Part shown: positions 26,455 to 39,962 of the stretch, piece by piece
Layout: every line of letters starts with the position of its first letter
Numbering within the stretch: the first letter of the stretch is position 1
Assembly (NCBI GenBank): GCA_964016885.1
Contig: OZ024746.1
Location: 67,890,001 to 67,954,000 of the forward strand
Length of the DNA stretch: 64,000 nucleotides
Direction: 5' to 3'
DNA from: Eledone cirrhosa
Taxonomy: Eukaryota
Notes under the pieces: model-generated
Database searches by the model: none
Told to the model about the DNA's origin: nothing
The model's input: only the letters and a program-made list of their open reading frames with translations
Program-made: the position numbers and the translations under genes

Positions 26455-26654
26455 AAAGAAAGTGTGGTAAGAAACCAGGTGGACCATAAGGCACCAGAGT
26501 ACTCGATACTTAGGGTATTATAGGGGGTGATAGGAAAAGAGTCAGGACCCCGACGGCTGAGCTCTGGCCATTTCAACAGCTAGATACGAACAGTTCGGAT
26601 CTAGCTGTTGAAACGGCCGGAGCTCAGCTGTCAGGGTCCTGACTCTTTTCCTAT
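26455..26654. mobile_element. Non-autonomous element with a 125-bp palindrome, inserted in a TA context
   Basis: 26530-26654 is self-complementary. A diverged relative lies at about 56710-56872 (shared cagagtactcgatactt). Confidence 0.65.
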
Positions 26655-29260
26655 ATACACATATATACCAGACTAAGCTTGCATCTATAGTAAAAAACAC
26701 ATGCCAAAAGACCCCCTTAGTAAGATCAAACTCAGAACCATGTGATTGCAAAGTGAGCATTTTAACCACAGGGCCATGCTTGCACATCACAGCCATACCC
26801 ACATCTGTGAAGAAAAATCTCAAGAATATTACTGCTGTTGTAATATGTAAATTTCACTGTTATGTAAGGCAATGATGTGTATGATAAAAAGCAACTGCAG
26901 AAAAGCATAATAAAATAAAATAATTTAACATTCGGTTTTGAAAATTGACCATGGCCTAATTAGATAAGAAGATAACCCCCTTATTCTGATAGAAGGATTT
27001 TTTTTTTTTTTGCTTTCTTTTATGGAAAATCAAAATGGAAATAAAGATAAAGTATGTTTGTATTTGACAATATCGTTGTAAAAAATAATTAGCTGATATA
27101 AATTTTCAAAAATATTACATTTATCTTTAAAAAGAGATCTTTATATCCAATTTTATCTCTAAAAGCATAAAAGGAAATAAAAATATTGTCAGACAGTTGC
27201 TGATACTTTTATGTTTCTTGGAAGAAGTCTAAGACAAACACACTAAACGTAAAACGACAGCTCTCTAAAACTTGAGAAAATGTAGTGGACAGATTAACAA
27301 AATGTTAGCGACAAGTGAAGGAAAAAGTATGTTTTCTTATAATGTTAAATAAATAATACAAGAGATAAATCTTTTAAAATACACAAAATTGAATAAACAG
27401 GAATTTTCATATTTCTCTAAAGAATCTAGCAAATATGATATTTAAGAAGGGAGGATTTCAGATGTTCTTCTATATTTAGCATCTCTCTCTTGAGGAAGAC
27501 TTCTACATGGTTGTTCCCTCTGCTAGAAATAGCAGCCAAGTCTCTCTCAGATCATAAGCCCTATTGACTTATAAAAGAAAGGACACATTTTATAATGTAG
27601 AACTAGATACATAATGCCTGAGGAAAGAACAGGATGGACATGGTTGGAATGTCTTTTATTATAAGTCTGCTCAGTCAGTGTTGAACTTTGTAGTTTCTGA
27701 TACATAAAAAGACACAGCTAGAATGATTTTGATCATAGGTCTGCTTGCTCAGACTGACCTTGGGCTAAAGAACAAGTATGCTGCCTATCCAGATTGATAT
27801 TTAATTCTTGTTCCTACTTCTATATTTTGTAAAATATAAAAAAAAGAAACATAATGGTAGGGAGGGGTATTCTTATACAACATAATATTGTTTCCCTCAA
27901 GATTTCCCCAATTCTGGTTATTCAATGCTATTCATTGTGCTTCCTATATTTTTATATTTACTTAAATGTCAGCAGTTACTTTATTAGCACATGGGAAAAC
28001 AGACAAAAGAATTTGTATTCCAACATGGAAAAATGAATACATGATGATGATGGTATGATGATATGGTTTTCAGAACTTTGCATCAATGGAGTTACACATA
28101 AATATGAAGTATTTTAGTATTTCAAATATCTAGGTAGCTGTGTATTTAGCAATTATACAATAGATCAAGAGATGAAGAGTTGGTTAAGCAAAATGAGTGT
28201 CATATTCAGAGTGAAGATCAATGTATACAAAACCATCATCCTGGCAACACTGTACATGCCATCACCTGAAACTAAAGGCATAACACTAATACAAACTACA
28301 GTTCATCTTGAGCAAGAGAGGAGGTTACATTAGATTTTTTTTTTTAATATATTCATGAATAGTCAGTCCTTGTTTTATAATTGATAGAAACTGGTGGTTT
28401 GGTAGAATCAATAGAGGCTTACAGCATTTCATTCCTTACCATTAAGTTCTAAGTTCAAATCCTGCTGAGTTTAACTCAACTTTTCTTTCTTCTAGGGTCA
28501 TTAAAATAAATATCAGATGACAACTGAGGTTGATCTTATTGACTATACCCATTCCTCAAATATGAGGCCTTGGGCTAGGTTGCAAATCAACTTTATAATC
28601 AATATTTCATACTGTTACTAACTGGCCATTTCTGCATAATTTATTTTTCATATTTATTCATAGTATGGATTTTTACATGAATTATAAGTTTTCCTAATTC
28701 AAATTCCATTTTTTTTTATGTAAATGTTTCTTCTTTCAATTTAACTTCCTTTCAAGCATTTTAATATTTATAACTTTTTTGTAATTTTATATTCAATAAT
28801 CTGTCAAATTCAGGATTAACATTTTATTGCTGTCAAATCTTGCCATAAAAGCAGTGAACAGACAGACACTAAATAAGGCTGCTGAATCATCATTATCATC
28901 ATTATGATAATCATCATCACTATCACCGTCATCATCATCTTCATCAACATTGCTTAACATCCATTTTCCCTGCTAGTAAGGGTTGGACGGGTCTACGTAA
29001 ATCAAGTCAGTACTGAAGCAGGGCTACAGACCTCCCAAGACAGGCCAGGGATCTGCATCTCACTTACATATGGTCATACATTCTATCAAGTTCACAAGAG
29101 AAGTTGTCATGTCTTTTGAAACAAACTGGAGGGTCCTACCAACCCCTTGTTTGGCAAACTCTCTATGGCAGTATGCCCTTCCTATCACCAACCAATAATA
29201 CTGTGATTTTGATAAATATATATTTTTTAATCAATATCTATTCTTCTGAAGAGTGTTTAA

Positions 29261-29487
29261 CCCTTTCGTGACTGCAATTTTAATGAAATACACATTCAAT
29301 TAATTAATGAAGAATTTCGTGGAATTTACTAAAATTATTAATTATTTCATTACTAAGATAGTAACTTAATATAAGGTTTTTATATAAAATCATGTTGGAC
29401 GATTTTAATTTAAATTGAAACCTTTAAAATGGGTGGTTTTATTTCATAGAACCAGAACCGATTTTACCCAGGTTGGTAACTAAAGGG
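29261..29487. mobile_element. piggyBac-type MITE (family P2)
   Basis: TTAA|ccctttcgtgac...gtaactaaaggg|TTAA. Confidence 0.78.
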
Positions 29488-29946
29488 TTAAGGGAAACCG
29501 TATATATAAAGAACTTTCTACGATAAAATGACATTTGTTTGATGTTGAAAGTTTCTATTTCTTGAGCAAATTTCCAATTTTAGATGAATTTTGAGATATT
29601 TTTATATATATTAGCAAATTTTCCATCATTGGAGTAAGAAAAAGAGAAATCTAAGCATTATAATTTAATTAAGTTGATGGAGAAATTACAGTGATATGGA
29701 AAATGAAAGTTATTCTCTTCTTTTACTAGAAAGATTATAAACATATGTTATACTATGAACATATGTTTTTAGTTATAACATATGTTATTCTATTTCTCAC
29801 AAGTGCTGCCCTTCTTTCTGGAGAGAAATTCACATGAAAATTTATATTTTACAGTTCTGATTTTAATGAAATTATATTATACTATAAAGTAAAGACTAGA
29901 CAGGAACTGAGGAAGAATAAATTTGGCTATCATTATTGACATTAAA

Positions 29947-30072
29947 TTGGCAGTATCGGTAGAGGGTCGGACGTCATGCTTTGGCGCATAGAGTTACGGG
30001 CCTTTCCATTCTGAGTTCAAATCCCGCCGAGTTCAACTTTGCCTTTCACTCTTACGGGGTCAGAAACAATTA
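29947..30072 (+). mobile_element. SINE-A with 3' internal deletion
   Basis: Head matches the consensus, then jumps from ggggtc to agaaacaattat. Confidence 0.85.
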
Positions 30073-30082
30073 TTGACATTAA

Positions 30083-30455
30083 ATAATAATAATAATAATA
30101 ATAATGCACAAGACCAGTGACTTCCGACGTGTAACTTTCAAGCCAATGTGACGAGAAATAGAATTTATCAAAAATGCTGATACCTTAAATAGTGTGTTAA
30201 AAGTTAAACTTTGTCCCAAGCTGGTTTCCTTGGCATTAAATGACTGAAAGTACAAGACTCCTCCCTGAAGAGGACGCCAGTCAATCACAGCATTAATTCT
30301 CCAGCTATTGTCGGTACTCACTCTCAGTTGATTGTACTGGAGCAACGTGAAATGAAGTGTTTTGCTCAAGAACACAATGTGGCACCCTGTCCAGGAATCA
30401 AACCAATGACATTATGATCCAAGAGCTTAACCATCTATTAGGCCATGTACCTTCA
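30083..30455 (-). mobile_element. SINE-B-related element with a different tail ending in (ATT)n
   Basis: Shares the cttgagcaaaacacttcatttcacgttgctccagt core. Confidence 0.65.
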
Positions 30456-32250
30456 CAATAGTGGGTTGTATAATTGAAAATATATAGTAAAGTATATATA
30501 TATAATGATAAAAAATATATATTTTAGCCATTGCTGTGATGTAAAATCTATTACATGTGGACAAATGTAAATATTTCATTGTTATCCCCACATGGACATG
30601 TAACAGGGAACTAGCCTCAACAGTTTTAACTTGAATTGGAGACCATGCACCCACTTCAAATAAAATGAAATTAAGAACTACATGTTAACATTTGTTTTCA
30701 TGTTTTAGGTTACATGTCACAAGATGGATATAATTTTGTATTGTTTATGATTAGATATATTTTACTATACATTTCAGTTTATGTAACATACGTGCTATTA
30801 AGTGTATCCTTATTTAATTTACCAACATGCTAATTGTCATTTTCAATTTAATGCTTTTGAAATATATCAACTTTTGATAAATCTAGAAAGAGCAATTCTT
30901 GAAAAATGATTATTTTTAAAGCCTCCAATTACTTTAAATATAAGAGAAAAAAATCTCTATAAATTATAACGATTGTGATTTTTATTTATTTATTTTTTTT
31001 TGCTAAGCGTTGTTGAAATCTTCAATAACATGTTTTTCTACAGTTTTATTATATTGTCATTTAAGTAGTATGATGACTGGACTGTTATAAACATCAGAAC
31101 TAGGTGAAAGACTTTTTCTCATATAGTTGATATTGAATAAAGCTGTAAATTATTGTATAGGAAATATTTGACAAGTCTTTCAATCAATTACTTTTAAGGT
31201 GTCAGAAAAAGCTAAGTGCTTGGTTGAGAAGTGACCACCCTGGATGACTTTTAGATGCAGATGAATAAATTAGTTTCTACAACAAAATGGAAGGCCTCTA
31301 ATAAACATTTCAATCTTGCAGAAAGAAGCAAGAATGAAAAAGTGAAAGAATCATTACCAGTTTTTAGATTATTAATATAAATAGCTCTATTGTGAAAATA
31401 ACCTATTTACACACTCCATAGTGGTCTTGGTGCTAACATAACTAGTCCATCAGTAAATAGAGTCAAGGTGTGAGTTCAGACTGAGAATCAATCAAGTTTC
31501 TTTAAAATATAAATGGTTTTATGATTTAAATAAGATGGGGAAATGTGTATGTCATTAACATATTTACAACAACAAAAATAACAGGAAGTTAAGAAATATT
31601 TATTTATTGGATGGATTAAGAAAATGACTGGAATTTAAACATCTTTGAAAATATAATGAAAAAGAATAAAGTGATAAGGATATACATTGAAAATAAATAC
31701 AAATGAGTGAAGAGATGTTATGAACTGTTTAAAAATGGCCAGATTAGTAGCAAGTGAAATGTGACCAGAATATATAATGAGAAAAAAATGAGAAAACCAG
31801 TGATGAAATATTGTGGTAAAGCTGAAGCTGATACTCAAAGATATAGGTCAATATAATGTGGACATGTGCTGAGAATAATAATAACTTGGTAAACAACTGG
31901 GGAAAATTGGTTATAGATGATTAATATCAGAAAAATAATGTGGAGGGGGGGGGGGGGTGCATCTGTAGCAGAATAAATATGCTACTGAAATTATTTTTTC
32001 CAGCTCATGGCATTTGAGACATATAAGGAAATATTTATTATCATTGGCAGCTTGTTTTACTAAAGTAACAGGTGATGCTTGTGAGCAGACTTGGTTGTTT
32101 CACTACCTCAGCCATATTATCACACATGGTAATGCTGTAAGTATTTTAGGATGCCTCAGTATTTCCTGTTATAATGTGTAACTGACTCATTTATTGTTGT
32201 TGTCCATTTGCTTTGTTGAAAGCATTTGTAAACATTTCAAACTGATATTC

Positions 32251-32940
32251 AGTGGATTGGCAGTATTGGTAGAGAGTCGGACACCATAGTTTGCAGCATA
32301 GAGTTACGGCCATTTCCATCCTTATGGGGTTGATAAAATAAAGTACCAGTGTTGCACTGGGGTAACTGCTGGCCTTGTGCCAAAAGTAGAAACAATTATA
32401 TTATATTGCAGCACTGAGTTATGCCCCTTTATGATCTGAGTTCAAATCCCACTGAAGTTAACTTTGCCTTTGATCCTTACGGGGTCGATAAAATAAAGTA
32501 CCAGTAATGCACTGGAATAATTGCTGGTTTTGTGCAAAATGTAGAAACAATTATATCGGTGAATTGGCAGTATCGGTAGAGGGTTGGACGCCATGCTGTC
32601 TAGCATAGTTACGTCCCTTTACAGTCTGAGTTCAAATCCCGCTGAGGTTAACTTTGCCTTTCATTCTTACGGGGTCGATAAAATAAAGTACCAGTAATGT
32701 ACTGGGTATTTGCTGGCCTTGTGCCTAAAGTAGAAACAATTATATTATATACTTGGAATAGCAGTATCGGTAGAGGGTCGGACACCATGCTTTGCAACAT
32801 AGAGTTACGGGCCTTTACGGTTTGAGTTCAAATCCTGCCGAGGTTAACTTTGCCTTTCATCCTTATGGGGTTGATAAAATAAAGTACCAGTAATGCACTG
32901 GGATAATTGCTGGCCTTGTGCCAAAAGTAGAAACAATTAT
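32251..32940 (+). mobile_element. Head-to-tail array of four SINE-A copies
   Basis: Four gtagaaacaattata ends, at about 32398, 32552, 32742 and 32940. Confidence 0.92.
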
Positions 32941-33617
32941 ATTATATACTGTTTCATAATTATTATATACTGTTTCATAATTATTATATATAAACATACA
33001 CACAGAAAAAGAAAAAAGTGGAGAAAGTATTGAGAATAATACAAAGATGTAGAAAGAATATATAATTTGAGAATAGAAAGAGAGAAATTTGAACACCTAT
33101 GAAACCCATATAATTGTGGAAATTATTGAACTAATTTTAACAATGTAAAAGAAAAGTATCTGAGCTGTAGATAATAAAAGCTCCCATTAACAACTAACTC
33201 TCTACAAAGCTCAAATGAAGCCCAGAATGCAATACTACTTGCACATTTGGAGTAATTAGTGTACTTAGCCTAAGTTTGGCTCTAGGCTGTGCATAATCCA
33301 ATAAAGTAAAAACTTAGTTGAAAAAAGTATAGTTAATTTGGGAGACGATGTACAAAGAAATATATCTGACTAGAGTAAACAATAAATTTAATAAGATTCT
33401 GAAGATATTTTGTAATATTTATAGTATAAATATCTATTTAATCAATATATTTAAATGTAGACATTGTTCAAGTAGTCGTTAACATATACAAAAAAATATT
33501 AAGGAAAAAGGAAATAGAGAAAAAAAACTCAGAATATATTTTCTTATTTTGTGTTTCATTTTGGCTAAGTTAGGTTTTGAATTTTCTTTTGGGTTGAAAA
33601 TAATGGATAGGAATTAC

Positions 33618-33837
33618 CATAATAGTAGCAAGGAAAATTCTTCCACCAAATGTCATCAGGTCAGACAAAATCTTAATATAGTGTAGTCTTGCTTGTATTG
33701 AAGTCAGATTCTTCTGGCCAGGTACTGATAGACTTTGGTTCTGTCTCAAATAATGTGTCAGTGTTCGGCGCACATCTTTCATTTTCATATTTTCTAAAAT
33801 TGTCCTTGGGACAAACCTGTTTAAACCAAATTCTTTT
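33618..33837 (-). CDS. FRMPD4: FRMPD4-like exon E: KEFGLNRFVPRTILENMKMKDVRRTLTHYLRQNQSLSVPGQKNLTSIQARLHYIKILSDLMTFGGRIFLATIM
   Basis: cag acceptor, gtaat donor, 220 nt, phase 2/0, completing the split GAA codon from exon D. Lies within ORF 33570..33902. Confidence 0.94.
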
Positions 33838-34849
33838 CTGAAAAAGAGATATAAATAATAAATTAAGACTAAATAAATCATAAGAAATTCTAAAAGGTCC
33901 ATTAAAAGAATTTAATGAAGTGTAATATGTTATTGTTGTTGTTCTTGATTTGCTGCAGCAGAATCTTGATGAGCAGTCCTATGATCATATGCATTCCAGC
34001 CATGACTATCCTATTTTTTTTCAAACTGTGTATTTAGGGCTAGATTACCCAATGTATCCTTTCCTTATGTAAAAAAGTTGGGTGTGATTTGACAGAGATT
34101 TAGCTGATACTTCAAACAAGAGGAACAATTACATAAAGGCTCCCTATTTGGTTTGCAGATTGAATAAAATGGCTGCCTTATTACAAAAATGTTAGTTTGA
34201 TAACATGTTTGTTCCTTTAAGGGTATCGTATCAGTTGATTCTGAATACAAAACTGCTAGTATATTGTAAATGAACACCCACCAGATAAATAGATGTTCTA
34301 CAAGCACAAACGTGATAACAAATTTGAAGAGGTATGTAGCTCTATCTTATTTGATATCAAAATAGCTTTTGGATAAACTAGAAAGTCTAACTTAATGACA
34401 CTTTCATCGCCTCCTTCTTTCCTAAGGAAACACAAATTACTAAAATGTTTACTTCTAAATCAATTTTACATAATAATGTTAGTTAATGATGAAGTTTTCC
34501 TGAAGCATTTCTCACATCAGCTATGTTTTTCATTTTCATAGACATTTTCCATACACAATGTTAGAAAAATTGTTCTTTACTAATATTCCTAATTGTGATT
34601 GTATAATCATTCCTGGATTGATGTTACTAGAATTTTAACTGAGCATTTTAGCCCTTTAGATTAATTTGTAACATCTTTCAGTTACAGTTGGCTATATGGG
34701 AAGTTTATTTTTTAATGAATACCAATCAACAGGCTTAAGGAAAAACCTAATATTTGTTTCTCAGCAATTGCAAACAATTACCACAAGAATCTTTTGTGTA
34801 TCTCATCCCTGAACCTATTTATCGAAATTCATGTAGAGCTGTCCTACTA

Positions 34850-35130
34850 GAGAATGGGTCGCAGGTGGCAGATAGCAATATGGCCACCAAATATGTCGGC
34901 TAGTTGTGTATTAAGTGGGCAACTGCTGGATGAATAAGCAACCTCGGACCAACAGCAGTAAACTACTATGGGAGATAGAGCAATGGGTGACACCTGTAGC
35001 TCCCAAGAAAACTCTCACAACCCAGTGATGTAGCTACGATGAGGTGAGTAAAGGCCACCTATAAAAAAAGCCTAGTCTTTGAAGGTTTGACAAAGTACAA
35101 GATTGGTGACTGGAATGTATAAGACCACTA
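34850..35130 (+). mobile_element. Probable RTE LINE 5' UTR and start of APE endonuclease
   Basis: GC-richer stretch ending in YKIGDWNV*, resembling IGTWNV. Confidence 0.45.
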
Positions 35131-36401
35131 AAACCAAAAACGAATAATGCCATTGCAACACTTGAGGTTACTTCCCTTAACTCAGTTTAAATTTTTATTA
35201 TGCAAATTTCTACTGGCCAAAACTCTTTGTAATCCTTTTCTATATGTAAAAGCCTTTGTCAATTGATCAAAGCAGGCTTGAATTGACTATAATATGTTGA
35301 TAAGGCCCAATAAGATTGAAAAATGTTCACAGCTGTTCCCTTGCCTGCAAAGAAAGATCAGATTTTCTCCTAAGCATGTAATTAATTTTGTAAAATTAAT
35401 TGCTAATTTCTTTAAATTATCTCCCCCGTTTTGTAAGTCAAAATTACTGCCCGTTTTTTTTTGTTTTTATTTTTTTGTTTCTTTTCTCCAGCTAAGAGAA
35501 AAATCTTAATTGAGAATATATTTGCATAAAAAATTCAGTAAATCATATCTTCAGTTATTTTCCTGTGTGCAGCCATTCATAATAATGTAATTTATTATAT
35601 ATGAAAGTTAGTTAAATAGTTTACGGATATTAAATATATTGAAACTCTAAAAAAGCAGAGTTAAATATAAAGGAATAAATATTGAAAATATATTATCCAA
35701 TTAAATTTTTCAATGTGAAAAAAATAGAATTAATTGGAAGCAATTTGTCATGATTCATTAGTTTATATTCATTAACTACTTATATTTTAATAAACAATCT
35801 TTTCATATAAATTTTCAATAAAATTATGTATTTCTTTTACAGTTTATTTTAATTTAAAAATTTATTCCGCTGTTTTTGTAATTAGAAATTATCAGCTAAT
35901 TTGTACTATATGCATTTTCATAATCATTAATTATATATAAAAGAGATTTATGTTTGTACTTTGTAGAACAAATGCAGCATATAAAATTAGATTGAATGTA
36001 GAAAGAATAAGGTAATCGGTAGTTCAAAGAAAAATGTTTGTAACATGACAGAAATAGTTTTGGCTGCTTGGGAAACTAAATCTTATATTACAATTTTTCT
36101 TTAATTATAAGCAGTTTTGAACTACCTAGATGAGCACCAATTTCAACATTACTGTAAATGCCAACTGAAAACTATACCTCAGAATGTCATTTAAAGGCAT
36201 ACAAAAGTAAAGTGTAAAGGAAACAGAGGGAACCATTTCATTACCATTATTCTAATGAAATAAACTGCCTAGGTGTTTCAATTAATTTTAAAATTAACCA
36301 AAAATTAGGAGGAATTTGATACACTAGTTACATTATTTATAAGTAAACATATTTAGAACATTACTTAAGAAAAATTTCTAAAATAAAATTATGATGAAAT
36401 G

Positions 36402-36607
36402 TTTTAACATTCACATTACTCTATATATACTGTTGTATTTTTATGGTAAAGGCTTTATCCTACATAATATCGAATCGATGAAATTTTGATGTTATCTATT
36501 TTGAGAACAGTACCTTAATGTAGGTGTGAGTGGCCAGACACAGCCGGTTTGAACAGAGAGAGGTGAGATAGTTCTGGCCGGATATGGCTAGTTTAAATGC
36601 TAAAGGG
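36402..36607. mobile_element. piggyBac-type MITE P1 copy
   Basis: Matches 7962-8166 and ends aaaggg|TTAA. Confidence 0.8.
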
Positions 36608-38321
36608 TTAATATAAGGATAAACCTTTTAAAATTAGTAGTTTTGCATCATTGTTTCAGGGTATTGGGTATCAAAAGTGTTAATCTTAATCTCACACAGT
36701 GACAGATCCATAAACATTTCCACAAAATGACCAGAGACAGGAGAGTGTCATGGTCTATATATATGTATATATGTATAAAATGATTATCCTCCACTTCCAA
36801 CTAACTTACCCTTTGTCTCTGTGTCCTAGCCGACAGGATGGATAATACATTGTCCTGAAGAATGGTGAGGGAGACATGCTGAAACAGCCACTCTACCTTG
36901 CAGGGTTCAGATATGTGGGTGGCCAACTCTACCCTGATAGCAGTGAGTATTGATGAGGTCTAGGGGCCAAGAACACTGGAAGTTTTCACTGTAACAGGCT
37001 CTACTACAAACCCATTCAAGAGTAACCGATACTTCCACAGTTTGCCCTCTTCGGCTTGGTAGGCAGCAAAGCCTAGGCTAGTTAGTGTTGTGGAATGCTT
37101 CCATTATCAGTTACACTACAGACTGGCTTTTATTTCATTTTCTCAAATTAAATACTATAAATTATTTTTGCTAGTTTTACCTATAATATCCTATACCCAC
37201 TCCATCTCAAGATAATTTTTCAGTAGTTAAATGCCAACACAAGATGATTTTCTATTAATGTCTAAGATATCTTAGCAAGCAACAGATACATAGTTTGTGT
37301 CCCATAAGTGGGTCTGTTGCTCTTTTCTGTCTCAAAATCATCAGACTATATCCAAGTGATCTTGATTGGTAAAAATGTTAATGGATTTGAAACATACACT
37401 GTTGCGTATAATGTCTAATATCTATTATACTGAATTATTAGTAAAGGATAGAATAAAATCCCAATCCCCTGGGAAATGACTTTGCTTGATACTATACTGA
37501 TGAAGTTATGACACATGTCTACATATCATTCATAAATCACCATAGAGCAAGTTACACATGTTTTTCATAATGCATTTTTCATATTATGCTTTATGAAAAA
37601 TCTCCAGTAAAAATTGTTTCCTCTTAGTGAAAGTTGTTGAGTGAACAAATTCTTACTAGAGATAGTAAATTAAAATTTGTACATATGTTGTTGCTGATTC
37701 TGTTGTTGCATCAGCAGCTAACATTTTGTAATGCTACACAAAAATGAATTAGATATGCATGAAAAATTCTTTAAAATCATAGGAAAAATTTCAAGAGCAC
37801 ATTAAATTTTATCAAATCTATACAACTAAAATAACTTTAGATAGTTTTGCCTGAAAGATAAATTTTGCTTGTATTTGTGTTATTTTGTTATTATTCAGAA
37901 TTATAGTATCAGAGAAGGTTCAAGATTTGATGAATGGAAACAAAGACAGGTTAAAAATCTCTTCTTCATTTAAATGGAAGTTATTGAAAAGCATATAATT
38001 TCTGTTTTAGGAAAATAATGAAGACCTGGATAGAATTTATTACTTTAGGTGCCATGTTGAAAAGAACAAACTTGTAGAAAGAAAAGAAAATCACCCATAA
38101 AACTATAAATAAATTAACTTGGTATAATTAACAATGTGGTTGTAGTCGCTGGCTAAGATTTAAATTAATCTTTAAAATTAATGAAGAATTATTTTAAATG
38201 AAAAATGTACAATATAAAATCTTGTAATTAAAAAAGTTTACATTAAAAATTGGATTTGTATCTAATTATTTTGAAACTTATTGATACAAACTGAATGAAA
38301 ATTTAAAGTGATTGAACTTAC

Positions 38322-38458
38322 TCAAATGATTTAAGAGAAAATTTGGTTTGGGTACCCCGACTTGTAATATGTTGCTGAATATGAAGGGCTGCTAATCGGA
38401 ACATACTCTCGTACTTAAGGTCTCCAGCGAATCGTTCTTGAACAACATCATTACAACA
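38322..38458 (-). CDS. FRMPD4: FRMPD4-like exon D: CCNDVVQERFAGDLKYESMFRLAALHIQQHITSRGTQTKFSLKSF(E)
   Basis: tag acceptor, gtaagt donor, 137 nt, phase 0/2. CNDVVQERF..LKY...RLAAL is the FERM F2 motif. Confidence 0.94.
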
Positions 38459-38837
38459 CTAAAATATACAACAAATATCATAAGTAAGACCATAAAGCAT
38501 CATTTAAGAATTAAACATATCAAAGAGTAAAAATAATAAAACTATTGTTAGAAAATTGCGTAATTAGAGTGCTGAAATTAGTAGGGAATAAATTAAAAAT
38601 CAATATACAAGAGATATAAATTGAACTGATTAATGATTGAAGACAATATCCTCAATCGTTGCATAACTGGAGAAATTTAAATCTATAATATATTTAGTAT
38701 GGAGTCTTGACTATCTTCACCTGTAATTGTTAACATGGGAGAAATGCTACTCTAGTTAAGAAATGTAAAAAATTTTTAGTATTTCAGTGGAGATATTGTT
38801 TTAGATTGAGAGATTCTTTATCATTATTTGCTAGATG

Positions 38838-38935
38838 AGGTTGACTTTGCCTTTCATCCTTACAGGGTCGATAAAATAAAGTACCAGTAATGCACTGGGT
38901 AATTGCTGGCCTTGTGCCTAAAGTAGAAACAATTA
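38838..38935 (+). mobile_element. 5'-truncated SINE-A with TSD attatttgctagatga
   Basis: Exact 16-bp flanking repeat. Confidence 0.92.
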
Positions 38936-39745
38936 TTTGCTAGATGAATTTTCTTAATCTTGATTTTAAGGGTTCTAATTTAAAGTTAATATAAAGTTAT
39001 GTAATAAATGGTGTTATATACAAGTCTACTGCTTATGTGGGATTAAATTAGGATGGCACACTATTAAAGTTAGAAATATAAACAAAAAACTGTTAAAATA
39101 ACTAATCTACATCATTGTTTTGTAAAGAATAATATTCAAGAAAAGAAAAATGTATACAGTTAGAGTTAAATCTTTCTCAGTCCCAGACAGATCTGTATAG
39201 CAGATGTTCCATATTAGCAGATGTCTTACAGTTGAAAAATAATCACACTGAATTTCAAGAGATGGTCATTGTATTTAGAGTAAGGAATTAAAGATAAAAG
39301 ATTTGTTTCATAGCAACATGGTTCCTGGTTCAATTCGACTTTGGGGGCATTGGTCAAGTGTTTTCTGTCAGAGTCTTGAGTTGACCAATATATTGTGAGT
39401 TAAAGGTAGTAAAGAGGAAACTATGTGGAAGCCCATCACACACATATATACATATGAATTTGTATAACTTTTTCCAATGTCTATGGTAAAGGAGGCCACA
39501 CTTAAGGGCCTCAAATGATGCAGGATCACTGACCCCGATCAAGAGTCCATTATCCATTTAATCTTCCCACTAACAATTTACAAGCACAGGATTTCAGGAT
39601 AAAAAAGTTCATGTTGCACATAAATTTTCTTTTTAAATATTAAACAAGGAAGCGTTTCGACTATGAAGGATATGTTATGACATAAAATGACCAAAAACTC
39701 AAATAATTTTAATTAGATAATTATGGAGTCGGAAATAATTTATCC

Positions 39746-39962
39746 TAGGCTTGTCAAACTGAGGGTCCCCCGAGGGCCACATGAGTCATATATCTGTTGT
39801 CTGAGGGCCGCATACGACAACTAATAGCGCACATTACAACAATTTTTTTTTTTTTTATTACAAAGATATAACATGCTCGCACTGTAAAAACCTTTGTGCG
39901 GGTCACAGGTGTGCTTGTAAAGGGCCACATGCAGGCTGTGGACCGCATGTTTCACATGCCTG
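39746..39962. mobile_element. hAT-type MITE
   Basis: TIRs taggcttgtcaaac and gtttcacatgcctg. 8-bp TSD atttatcc/atttatcg. Confidence 0.8.

Noticed and set aside
30115-30183. In-frame 69-nt AG..GT cassette on the minus strand (VSAFLINSISRHIGLKVTRRKSL) between exons E and F
   Set aside because: The donor is weak (gtcttg), it lies in the tail of a SINE-like repeat, and exons E and F already join collinearly with the FRMPD family.
32251-32940. CRISPR-like or tRNA-gene array
   Set aside because: The units are SINE copies of about 150-190 nt without unique regular spacers or a full cloverleaf, in a eukaryotic context with no cas genes.
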